A stretch of 64,000 nucleotides of DNA. Source: a virus. Positions 8,564 to 16,436 of this stretch are shown here, in pieces. The position numbers were made by a program, and so were the translations under genes. The stretch lies in the IMG/VR virus record IMGVR_UViG_3300020182_000012, one strand, 5' to 3'. Every line of letters begins with the position of its first letter. Position 1 is the stretch's first letter. Below the pieces are notes generated by a model. That model searched no databases. It had not been told where the DNA came from and was given only the letters and a program-made list of their open reading frames with translations.

Positions 8564-8592
8564 GAATTTAAAAATATAAAAACAACGGCACC

Positions 8593-8618
8593 AAGGGGCG
8601 CTACGGCGCCCCTTTATT
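8593..8618 (+). terminator. intrinsic terminator after porin
   Basis: AAGGGGCGC-TACG-GCGCCCCTT followed by TATT. Confidence 0.75.
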
Positions 8619-8665
8619 ACTGGCTAAATAATATGGGTACGTTATTTAGACCGGAGAATTATAAA

Positions 8666-9259
8666 ATGTGGAAATGGATAGGATATATCACAGCAGTCTT
8701 GCCTTTGATTGGTGTGTTGTACGGAGGTCTTAGAATCGCCAGTGATCTACAAACTTCGCTTGAACAGTCTATACAGACATCAGCAGATGCTCACGCAAGG
8801 ATAGATTCTATTGCACAATCCCAAAAAGACATCAACAATCAACTATTAGATTTACAGTCAATCAGTGCTGAAGTAAACGGAATTGTAGGATCATTAGAGC
8901 GTCAGAAAAATGACTCAGTCACACGTGGTCAATTGGACACATTAAGAGATCAACTCTCAGCACTGAAAGAATCAATCAGTGCTGAAGTAAACGGAATCGT
9001 AGAATCATTAGAGCGTCAGAAAAATGACTCAGTTACACGTGGACAGTTGGACACATTAAGAGATCAACTCTACGCACTGAGAGACACACTTGAACAGATG
9101 GGTAACATGTCAAACAAAGTTTCAGATATCTACAGCAGACTTGACAAGATAGAACGTGAAGTTAACAACACACAGATAGATGATGATAAACGCATCCACA
9201 ATGTCTTGAAGGACATTGAAGAAATATTTAGACGGTTAGATAGAGCTAATATTGATTAG
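8666..9259 (+). CDS. membrane-anchored coiled-coil protein with 38-aa tandem duplication
   Basis: GGAG RBS, N-terminal hydrophobic helix, heptad-rich body. Confidence 0.7.
   Translation: MWKWIGYITAVLPLIGVLYGGLRIASDLQTSLEQSIQTSADAHARIDSIAQSQKDINNQLLDLQSISAEVNGIVGSLERQKNDSVTRGQLDTLRDQLSALKESISAEVNGIVESLERQKNDSVTRGQLDTLRDQLYALRDTLEQMGNMSNKVSDIYSRLDKIEREVNNTQIDDDKRIHNVLKDIEEIFRRLDRANID
8858..9084 (+). repeat. 114-bp in-frame tandem duplication
   Basis: Copies start at 8858 and 8972 (SISAEVNGIV.SLERQKNDSVTRGQLDTLRDQL.AL). Confidence 0.92.
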
Positions 9260-9316
9260 GCAAACACAACACTAAAAGGTCGATTTGTGCGGCCTTTATT
9301 ACTGGCTAAATATTAG

Positions 9317-9907
9317 ATGCAAATAGTTTACATACACGGCGCAACTGCAAGCAATAGAAGTTTTGCGTATATACAGAAAAGCATTCAAGCGATAGATCCA
9401 ATTTATCTTGATTATGATAAAGAAGATACCGCAGAAAATAATCTAGATCGTATGATTAATAGGTTGACAAACATCAACGAACCAGTGTATTATATAACAC
9501 ACAGTTTGGGAGGTATATACGGATTGCATTTGCAAAATTGTATACCAAACAGTGTGGGTGCTATAAGTTTGGCAACACCATTTAATGGCAGCGAAATAGC
9601 TGCGTGGAGCACATTGTTTGTTCCGCATTATCAGTTGTTCAAAGATATAACATCAAGAAGTAAATTTATCTCGCAAAGTAGGGAGATAAATATCAGTATA
9701 CCATGGATGCAGATTGTTACTACTGTAGGAGATGTACCATGGTTGGTTGGGGAAAATGACGGTGTAGTCACACGTTCCAGTATGACATGCAGGGATGATG
9801 TAGAATACGCAACAGTAGACCGCAATCACTACGAAATTGTGCAATCACAACGAGTAGTAGACTATATTAAAACACACATGACACACACAAAGGAAAAAAT
9901 ATCATGA
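9317..9907 (+). CDS. alpha/beta hydrolase
   Basis: IHG oxyanion motif, HSLGG nucleophile elbow, ATPFNGS, NDGVV, NH. Confidence 0.85.
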   Translation: MQIVYIHGATASNRSFAYIQKSIQAIDPIYLDYDKEDTAENNLDRMINRLTNINEPVYYITHSLGGIYGLHLQNCIPNSVGAISLATPFNGSEIAAWSTLFVPHYQLFKDITSRSKFISQSREINISIPWMQIVTTVGDVPWLVGENDGVVTRSSMTCRDDVEYATVDRNHYEIVQSQRVVDYIKTHMTHTKEKIS

Positions 9908-10173
9908 ATAAGAACCCATTTGAAATCCGTCTTGAAACACTAAAGATGGCAAAAGACATGCTGGACAAACAAGTCGAAATGCAAGAGTCTTTTACAAACC
10001 AAGCACTTGATATGTGGAAAGAGCAAGGCAAAGATGTTGCTGAATTTTGGGCCGACTACATGCCTAAAATGTATCAACCAGAAGAAATTGTCGAAAAAGC
10101 CAACGAACTGTATAGCTTTGTGAGCAGCAATCTACGCACTGTATCTGGTGGAAAAGGCAAAGACGCAGCCTAA
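9904..10173 (+). CDS. hypothetical protein
   Basis: AAGGA RBS, ATGA overlap, NPFEIRLE..KMA N-terminus. Confidence 0.7.
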   Translation: MNKNPFEIRLETLKMAKDMLDKQVEMQESFTNQALDMWKEQGKDVAEFWADYMPKMYQPEEIVEKANELYSFVSSNLRTVSGGKGKDAA

Positions 10174-10201
10174 TTATTTGCGCTAATGTTAGCAATAATG
10201 G

Positions 10202-10230
10202 TTGACATACTATTTACTAACCTATATACT
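10202..10230 (+). promoter_or_regulatory. sigma70-type promoter upstream of rpoZ-like gene
   Basis: TTGACA-N17-TATACT. Confidence 0.8.
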
Positions 10231-10310
10231 AATAATATAAACAGCATACACAGTCTGGAGAGTCTGGATTGTGTATGCAATTAGTAATGACATATAACCA
10301 GGAGAATAAC

Positions 10311-10568
10311 ATGGCACGAATCAGTAACAATAAAGGCCGCGAAAACGTTGGTGGATCGCCATATGATCTTATTGTGATTGCAGTAGAACGTGCACGGCAA
10401 ATTGGTCGCGGCGACCTTCCACTTGTTACCAAGCCAGGTAACAAAGCTATGACAGCACTTCGGGAAATTGAGCAAGGCTTGGTTGGTCGTGAGCTAATGG
10501 AAGAAATTATTTACAGTCACCAAACTGAAAAAAATGAGGAAGAAGATGACTTAGCTAACTATGTTTAG
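10311..10568 (+). CDS. rpoZ: RNA polymerase omega subunit-like protein
   Basis: GGAG RBS; MAR...YDLIVIAVERARQI...NK..TALREI...SHQ matches the RpoZ pattern. Confidence 0.75.
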   Translation: MARISNNKGRENVGGSPYDLIVIAVERARQIGRGDLPLVTKPGNKAMTALREIEQGLVGRELMEEIIYSHQTEKNEEEDDLANYV

Positions 10569-10591
10569 TAATTAAAACATGGAGGCTAAAA

Positions 10592-11182
10592 ATGATTTTC
10601 TTTAAAAAGCTATTGCAAGTTGTTGCAATTGTATTTGTATCCAGTCCTGTATTCGCACAAGATACAGATGGATTAACTATTTGCAATGGACAATTTGCAT
10701 TGTGTGCTGCTAGCGCATGTGTTCCAACCGGAGGCACAATTACTAACAGTCAAGGTGTTGAATATCCAGAAGTTGAATGCTCGTGCCCAATCCTCAAAGG
10801 CAACAACATAGCAGATGTTAATGCAGGCAACATGCAAGGTTCATGTGAACCCACAGATGAAAATCATGTGTGGAGTACATTTTGGCCACGTTTTGAATAT
10901 CCACGCCAACAAAATGATTTTTCTCACAATAAAAAAGACATGCGGGCCAGTATCCAAGAATGCCCAAGTGAGTTAAAGCAAGGCTATAACGCAAGTAATT
11001 GCTTTAGTTGGAACTGCGAAATTGGCAAGAACGGCCTAGCAAAGTGTAGTTGTCCAATGGGACAATCACCAGCAGAGACTCCGTTCTTGATTGAAACGTT
11101 GCCAGAAGAATTTCCCAAACGTTGTTTTGAGCATCCAGTTAGTTTGCCGTTGGCAACTATAAAAAAGTTAGAATTAGAGTAA
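10592..11182 (+). CDS. secreted cysteine-rich protein
   Basis: Signal peptide ending VFA; 12 Cys with duplicated Cx4C...CSCP pattern. Confidence 0.7.
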   Translation: MIFFKKLLQVVAIVFVSSPVFAQDTDGLTICNGQFALCAASACVPTGGTITNSQGVEYPEVECSCPILKGNNIADVNAGNMQGSCEPTDENHVWSTFWPRFEYPRQQNDFSHNKKDMRASIQECPSELKQGYNASNCFSWNCEIGKNGLAKCSCPMGQSPAETPFLIETLPEEFPKRCFEHPVSLPLATIKKLELE

Positions 11183-11200
11183 AAAAAAGCAATATAGAGG

Positions 11201-11229
11201 TTGACATTTGCTACAAGAGCCACTATATT
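11201..11229 (+). promoter_or_regulatory. sigma70-type promoter for tRNA cluster
   Basis: TTGACA-N17-TATATT. Confidence 0.8.
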
Positions 11230-11247
11230 AGTACTAAGTAGTTTTAT

Positions 11248-11322
11248 TCCCCAGTAGCTCAGTGGTAGAGCAATTGACTGTTAATCAATTGGCCGGTGGT
11301 TCGAACCCATCCTGGGGAGCCA
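11248..11322 (+). tRNA. tRNA-Asn(GTT)
   Basis: TCCCCAG/CTGGGGA, arm ATTGA-CTGTTAA-TCAAT, GCCA end. Confidence 0.96.
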
Positions 11323-11332
11323 AGAATAAAAT

Positions 11333-11420
11333 GGACAGTTGGCCGAGTGGTCGAAGGCAGCGGATTACTAATCCGCCGAACCGAAAGGTTCCGTGGGTTC
11401 GAATCCCACACTGTCTGCCA
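11333..11420 (+). tRNA. tRNA-Ser with rare ACT anticodon
   Basis: Type II tRNA: long variable arm GAACC-GAAA-GGTTC, G73, arm GCGGA-TTACTAA-TCCGC (anticodon 11367-11369). Confidence 0.92.
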
Positions 11421-11436
11421 GAATAGGGGCTTTTTT

Positions 11437-11510
11437 TTCGGTGAAGTGTTACGGTAGCACGTCAGTCTCCAAAACTGAAAGCCAGGGTTCGACTCCCTGC
11501 ACCGATGCCA
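11437..11510 (+). tRNA. tRNA-Trp(CCA)
   Basis: Arm TCAGT-CTCCAAA-ACTGA, GGTTCGACTCC, G73-CCA; U1:U72 mismatch and A8. Confidence 0.88.
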
Positions 11511-11696
11511 AAAGTCACGCAAGAGTTACTACTTGCTAGTATGGGTTACAAGGTCCCATATGAATGAAGTGAGGTTGTTCTCATACAAAAAAATGTCGAT
11601 GCAAGTATGCCGGCAGGTGTTTGTCGTTAGTGCGAAGCGTGGAGCGAAAGCGTTGAAACCGTTAGCACATACACCTTAATAAACAAAGGAACTACT

Positions 11697-12263
11697 ATGT
11701 TAGGTGCAACTAATTATGTCGGAAAGGGACTTTGGTATTTGCCTAAAGTCTTTAATCAACGATCAGATTACGTTAACATAAAACGCACCTATCGAGAAAC
11801 TGCCACACAATGGCAAATGCTATCCCCAAATAGAATAATGGCTATGCCCAACAATTACGAAGTGTTAAACACTATTGGATCACAATTATCAGGCCCAGTT
11901 GCTGAACTTACTGGGATTGCAAATCTAAAATGCAGTAATGTTGATATCTTTATTGATCTACCAGGACACAAGTTATCGTGGCATTTTGATCATGATAACT
12001 ATAAAGTGTTATTGCAAGTGTACACTGGCGACAAAGAAATTAAAAGAGGCGGCACACACTGGTACATTGGTGATCGCAATGAAGAACTATTAAATCAATA
12101 CGGCACTGACAGTATTGTACCAACGGTTGGGTTAGAACAAACTGAAACTCCGTACATGCCATTTGCAGGATATGTTAATGACAACACACAACGAAAAGCA
12201 CACGGTACTAATGTAGTTCCACCGGGTGTTGCACGTGAAAGCGTGTTGTTTACATTTAGCTAA
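11697..12263 (+). CDS. 2OG-Fe(II) oxygenase-like protein
   Basis: WHFD...H...RES pattern, AAGGA RBS. Confidence 0.7.
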   Translation: MLGATNYVGKGLWYLPKVFNQRSDYVNIKRTYRETATQWQMLSPNRIMAMPNNYEVLNTIGSQLSGPVAELTGIANLKCSNVDIFIDLPGHKLSWHFDHDNYKVLLQVYTGDKEIKRGGTHWYIGDRNEELLNQYGTDSIVPTVGLEQTETPYMPFAGYVNDNTQRKAHGTNVVPPGVARESVLFTFS

Positions 12264-12291
12264 AAAACTTTCTAAAAATGGCATTTAGAGG

Positions 12292-12320
12292 TTGACCTTT
12301 TCTTTAGTTTCGGCTATACT
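12292..12320 (+). promoter_or_regulatory. sigma70-type promoter
   Basis: TTGACC-N17-TATACT. Confidence 0.75.
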
Positions 12321-12354
12321 GTATGTAACAGTTAGGCAAACAGGAGACTACAAG

Positions 12355-12780
12355 ATGGCATATGTTTCACAAGAAATGAAAAAAGAACTTGCTCCAGCTA
12401 TTAAAGCAGTATTGAAAAAATACAACGTAAAAGCCAGCATTAGTGTTTACAACCATTCTACAATTTGCGTTAACATTAAAAGTGGCCCAATTGATTTTAT
12501 CGGCGAAGCTAATAAAAAGAACATGGAATTTGCAGAGCGCACAGGTCGCCAATATTACAAGTGCACTGGTTACCTTCAAGTAAACGATTGCTATCCAGAA
12601 ACATACGGTGCTGCAAGTGACTTTCTAGTAGAGCTAGTAGATGCCATGAAAGGTCCCAAATACTTTAACAACGATGATTCTCAGTCAGACTACTTTAGCC
12701 GTAGCCATTACACTGATATCAATGTAGGCAAGTGGAACAAGCCATATGTTTGCACAGCTACAGTTTTAGAAGCAGCATAA
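12355..12780 (+). CDS. hypothetical phage protein
   Basis: AGGAG RBS before MAYVSQEMKK; the TTG start in the ORF track is the promoter -35 box. Confidence 0.75.
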   Translation: MAYVSQEMKKELAPAIKAVLKKYNVKASISVYNHSTICVNIKSGPIDFIGEANKKNMEFAERTGRQYYKCTGYLQVNDCYPETYGAASDFLVELVDAMKGPKYFNNDDSQSDYFSRSHYTDINVGKWNKPYVCTATVLEAA

Positions 12781-12786
12781 AAAAGG

Positions 12787-12815
12787 TTGACAGCGTATAT
12801 CATTTGTAGTAATAT
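12787..12815 (+). promoter_or_regulatory. sigma70-type promoter
   Basis: TTGACA-N17-TAATAT after an A-tract. Confidence 0.7.
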
Positions 12816-12852
12816 AGTAATACAGTTAGAAAACAACAAAGGACAATAGCCC

Positions 12853-13944
12853 ATGTCAAACGCAATCGAATATCGCACCGTAACTGCCAAAGGCGCTGCT
12901 AGCGCAATCAAAGTTGCATTTAAAGTAAAACGCCCAGTGTTCTTGTGGGGACCTCCGGGCATCGGTAAATCAGATGTAGTTACCAACATTGTTGAAAACA
13001 TGGATGGTATTGTGTACGATCTACGTTTGGGACAAATGGATCCAACTGATTTGCGTGGTATGCCGTTTTTCAACAAAACAATGGGATTAATGGATTGGGC
13101 TCCGCCGATTGATCTTCCTACTGAAGAAGTTGCTGCACAATATCCTGTTGTTGGATTGTTCTTAGACGAAATGAACTCAGCAGCGCCAAGCGTACAAGCC
13201 GCAGCATACCAGTTGATTCTCAATCGACGTATTGGCAAGTATAAATTGCCCGACAATGTTGTTATTATTGCAGCAGGCAATAGAGAAAGCGACAAAGGTG
13301 TTACGTATCGTATGCCTACTCCGCTTGCTAACCGCTTTATCCACATCGAAATGCGGGCAGACTTTGAAGCTTGGATGGATTGGGCTGTTAACAATAACAT
13401 CCACGAAGATGTAGTTGGTTACCTGAGCTTTGCCAAACAGGACTTGTATGACTTTGATGCTAAAAGTGTGAGCCGTAGTTTTGCTACGCCCCGCAGCTGG
13501 AGCTTTGTTAGCGAGCTGTTAAGCGAAAATGTAGATGATGTAACAATGACCGATTTGATTGCCGGTTCTATAGGCGAAGGGCTTGCTGTTAAGTTTATGG
13601 CGCATCGACGCATTGCAGGCAAGCTTCCTAATCCAGAAGATGTGTTAAGTGGGAAAGTTAAAACACTTGAAGTTAAAGAAGTATCGGCTATGTATAGCTT
13701 GGTCATCTCCATGTGCTACGAACTCAAGCAAGCATTAAATGAAGTTAAAGATGCAGAGTTTCACAAAATGAGCGACAACTTCTTCCGCTATGCAATGGAC
13801 AATTTTGAAACTGAATTGGTTGTTATGGGTGCCCGAATTGCACTTACTACATACAATCTGCCGTTCCAACCAACCAAGCTAAAGAACTTTGACGAGTTCC
13901 ACCAGCGGTATGGCAAATACATTCTGGCTAGCCAAGAGCGCTAG
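12853..13944 (+). CDS. MoxR-like AAA+ ATPase
   Basis: Walker A GPPGIGKS, Walker B LFLDE, AAGN sensor, LANRF arginine finger. Confidence 0.9.
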   Translation: MSNAIEYRTVTAKGAASAIKVAFKVKRPVFLWGPPGIGKSDVVTNIVENMDGIVYDLRLGQMDPTDLRGMPFFNKTMGLMDWAPPIDLPTEEVAAQYPVVGLFLDEMNSAAPSVQAAAYQLILNRRIGKYKLPDNVVIIAAGNRESDKGVTYRMPTPLANRFIHIEMRADFEAWMDWAVNNNIHEDVVGYLSFAKQDLYDFDAKSVSRSFATPRSWSFVSELLSENVDDVTMTDLIAGSIGEGLAVKFMAHRRIAGKLPNPEDVLSGKVKTLEVKEVSAMYSLVISMCYELKQALNEVKDAEFHKMSDNFFRYAMDNFETELVVMGARIALTTYNLPFQPTKLKNFDEFHQRYGKYILASQER

Positions 13945-14002
13945 GTAGACCAAGTTATGGGTGAGATCCATCTTCTAACTGTAATCAAGAAAGCATAGGG
14001 CT

Positions 14003-14305
14003 ATGCAGGGTCTCACCCATATACAAGAAATACTGGACAAAACAGACTTATTACTAGACAGGCACCTGGAAGGATATTACCGGGTGCGTTACTGTATCAG
14101 CCCTTACAATCACGAAACTTGGATGAACTTGTTAAAGGATGTGCACCGTACATTTGGCAGGCCCAGTGAGCGTTGGCAATGGAGCAACGAACTCGACTTA
14201 ATACAGCGACCCGACCACGTAGTAGGTGACGAACCTGAATCACTTAATGTGATATTTCATTTTCGAAAAGAATCAGATGCAGTGATGTTTTCACTTAAAT
14301 ACTAG
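14003..14305 (+). CDS. hypothetical protein
   Basis: 100-aa ORF ending F.FRKESDAVMFSLKY. Confidence 0.6.
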   Translation: MQGLTHIQEILDKTDLLLDRHLEGYYRVRYCISPYNHETWMNLLKDVHRTFGRPSERWQWSNELDLIQRPDHVVGDEPESLNVIFHFRKESDAVMFSLKY

Positions 14306-14306
14306 C

Positions 14307-14651
14307 ATGCAATATGTTACTAAAAAATTAGACGGCAGATACAGCCACAAGAAGTATTTTAAATATTTCTTGGAATTTAAAAAGGAACGTGAAGGCCCGT
14401 TACAATTCCATATTGCAACAAAATGGATGATGGATGTCTACGGTTACACTGCCGAAATACGTGACTGGCAGTATATATTAGAATCACACAAACAACATCT
14501 AATTTGGAATTTAACCAACGAAGACACGCCCAGCATGGTGAACTATAGCTGGAGTTGGGCCAACAGTTACAACGAACGGCGCATATACGTCAAGGGTGAC
14601 AAAGAACTTGCATTCTTTAGACTCAAATGGCCGATTCAATCAAGAGTATAG
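14307..14651 (+). CDS. hypothetical protein
   Basis: 114-aa ORF ending RIYVKGDKELAFFRLKW. Confidence 0.65.
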   Translation: MQYVTKKLDGRYSHKKYFKYFLEFKKEREGPLQFHIATKWMMDVYGYTAEIRDWQYILESHKQHLIWNLTNEDTPSMVNYSWSWANSYNERRIYVKGDKELAFFRLKWPIQSRV

Positions 14652-14652
14652 T

Positions 14653-14886
14653 ATGCGAACCATTGACTTGCACGGTTACGTACTGCATGATGCATGGAAG
14701 AAGTTCAATGTATTTGCTCAAGACAGTTATTATGCAAGAAAAAAACAAATACGAGTAATAACTGGCCAAGGTGCTATGATGAAAGAATTTCCAAATTGGG
14801 CATCAGCTAATAGATATGTTAAAAGCCACGAACAAGTAAAATTTAATTCTGGTGCTTGGATACTAAAACTAAAAATTAAAGGTTGA
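14653..14886 (+). CDS. stand-alone Smr-domain protein
   Basis: IDLHG...A...VITGQG...NSGA motifs of Smr/MutS2-C domain. Confidence 0.8.
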   Translation: MRTIDLHGYVLHDAWKKFNVFAQDSYYARKKQIRVITGQGAMMKEFPNWASANRYVKSHEQVKFNSGAWILKLKIKG

Positions 14887-14910
14887 CTTTGCATGCACAT
14901 GTGTTACAAT
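14883..14910 (+). promoter_or_regulatory. sigma70-type promoter
   Basis: TTGACT-N16-TACAAT. Confidence 0.6.
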
Positions 14911-14934
14911 GTATATAACATTTAGGAGAAAGCC

Positions 14935-16191
14935 ATGAGCACTACTACAGTAAACAAAGATGTAGCCGACCAGTTCAAGGACATTCTGGGTCCAATGGAT
15001 CCCAAACTAGATCGAGAAGTGCGTGAATTGCTAGTAACTGCCCGGGTAGGCATGTTGCTTCGTGCTAGCTTTTTTGGAAATCTTGCCACACGTCTTAAAC
15101 TAGTTAATGCAGACGAGTGGTGCTCAACCGCTGCAACAGACGGCAGAAACTTTTATTACAACACTAAATTTATCAAAATGCTCAAGCCCAAAGAAGTTGA
15201 ATTCTTGTTTGGACATGAAGTATTGCACTGTGTGTACGACCATTTTGGTCGTCGGGGGGAGCGTGACCCGCAATTGTTCAACATTGCTGCTGATTATTGC
15301 GTAAATGCTGATCTTAAAAAACACAAAGTAGGCGAGTTTATCACCACTGTTCCGTGTTTGTATGACACCAAGTACACTAACTGGAGTGCAGAAGAAGTAT
15401 ACGATGATTTGTACGAAAATGCAGAAAAAATTGATTTACAAGACTTGCTAGATAAAATGCTGGACCAGCATCTTGATGGTGAAGGTGAAGGTGAAGGTGA
15501 CGACCGTGACGGGAAAGGTCCAGCACAGTACAGCAAAGAAGAACGTGAACAGATCAAACAAGAAATCAAAGAAGCAATGCTAAGTGCTGCACAAACATCA
15601 GATGCAGGAAACATACCAGGTGGTGTGAAACGACTTGTTCAGCATTTAACAGAACCCAAGATGGACTGGCGTGAACTGTTGCGCATGCAATTGCAAAGCA
15701 CAATTAAAAGCGATTACACATTTACACGACTGAATCGCAAAGGTTGGGATTGTGATGCTATTCTTCCGGGTATGGATTACGATGAGCGCATTGATGTTGC
15801 AATTGCAATGGACATGAGCGGATCCATTGGTGCAGAGCAGGGCATGGATTTTCTAAGCGAAGTAAAAGGTATCATGGAGGAGTTTAGCAACTTCAACATT
15901 CACTTGTTTTGCTTTGACACAAATGTTTACAATCCACAAGATTTTACTGCGGACAACTTAGACGACATCGGCGATTATGAATTAATGGGCGGTGGTGGCA
16001 CTGACTTTGATGCTATATTTAAATATCTTAAACAAGAAGAAATTGAGCCCAAACGCTTGTTGGTGTTTACAGATGGGTACCCATGGAACAGTTGGGGCGA
16101 TGCCAACTACTGCGATACAGTATGGATCATTCACGGTGATCCTAATCCCAACCCGCCCTTTGGAACATGGGCACTATACAATGAAGGCTGA
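14935..16191 (+). CDS. VWA-domain protein with N-terminal HExxH metallopeptidase-like domain (MoxR partner)
   Basis: TAATDG, HEVLH, DMSGS MIDAS, GGGTDF, FTDG. Confidence 0.88.
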   Translation: MSTTTVNKDVADQFKDILGPMDPKLDREVRELLVTARVGMLLRASFFGNLATRLKLVNADEWCSTAATDGRNFYYNTKFIKMLKPKEVEFLFGHEVLHCVYDHFGRRGERDPQLFNIAADYCVNADLKKHKVGEFITTVPCLYDTKYTNWSAEEVYDDLYENAEKIDLQDLLDKMLDQHLDGEGEGEGDDRDGKGPAQYSKEEREQIKQEIKEAMLSAAQTSDAGNIPGGVKRLVQHLTEPKMDWRELLRMQLQSTIKSDYTFTRLNRKGWDCDAILPGMDYDERIDVAIAMDMSGSIGAEQGMDFLSEVKGIMEEFSNFNIHLFCFDTNVYNPQDFTADNLDDIGDYELMGGGGTDFDAIFKYLKQEEIEPKRLLVFTDGYPWNSWGDANYCDTVWIIHGDPNPNPPFGTWALYNEG

Positions 16192-16357
16192 TACTCCGGG
16201 ATGTGAATACGAATATCAACAGCCTGAGCAAAACGGCAACGAAATCTTGGTAGATTGGGATTGGGAGGTGTCGTTGGGCGCAGAGCGTTCATGGGTGGTC
16301 GAAAACAAGTACGAGTGGGGCGAACCATTTGAAACACCTTATTACATGGACAGGTAA
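16181..16357 (+). CDS. small acidic hypothetical protein
   Basis: ATG overlapping the VWA gene end; MKADTPGCEY... Confidence 0.5.
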   Translation: MKADTPGCEYEYQQPEQNGNEILVDWDWEVSLGAERSWVVENKYEWGEPFETPYYMDR

Positions 16358-16436
16358 TTTTACCGAAATCGCGGTCAAACCACTTTATAACAGCAGATAA
16401 ACTGCGCAGTTAACGATAATAATGATAAGTATTAGT

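Larger units (their letters stand above)
8611..9312 (+). repeat. 20-bp exact direct repeat CCTTTATTACTGGCTAAATA at 8611-8630 and 9293-9312
   Basis: Identical sequence flanking one gene, each copy overlapping the 3' arm of a hairpin. Confidence 0.9.

Noticed and set aside
11361-11375. Reading the tRNA-Ser loop as a CTA amber suppressor, or an alternative genetic code
   Set aside because: The 5-bp stem fixes a 7-nt loop TTACTAA with ACT at positions 34-36. Recognisable genes end at TAA, TAG and TGA at normal lengths and no ORFs look split by stops.
11259-11522. 87-aa minus-strand ORF
   Set aside because: It is the antisense of three tRNA genes.
11615-11676. Hammerhead ribozyme or c-di-GMP riboswitch call for the structured region
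   Set aside because: It has GAAAC and a GNRA loop but lacks the CUGANGA core and the GEMM consensus, so it was left unassigned.
12708-13400. 230-aa minus-strand ORF and other long antisense ORFs (e.g. 29452-30027, 32648-33199)
   Set aside because: They fully overlap well-supported genes on the opposite strand and have no motifs or RBS.
15475-15500. GAAGGT tandem microrepeat
   Set aside because: It encodes an ordinary GEGEG linker typical of these VWA/peptidase proteins.
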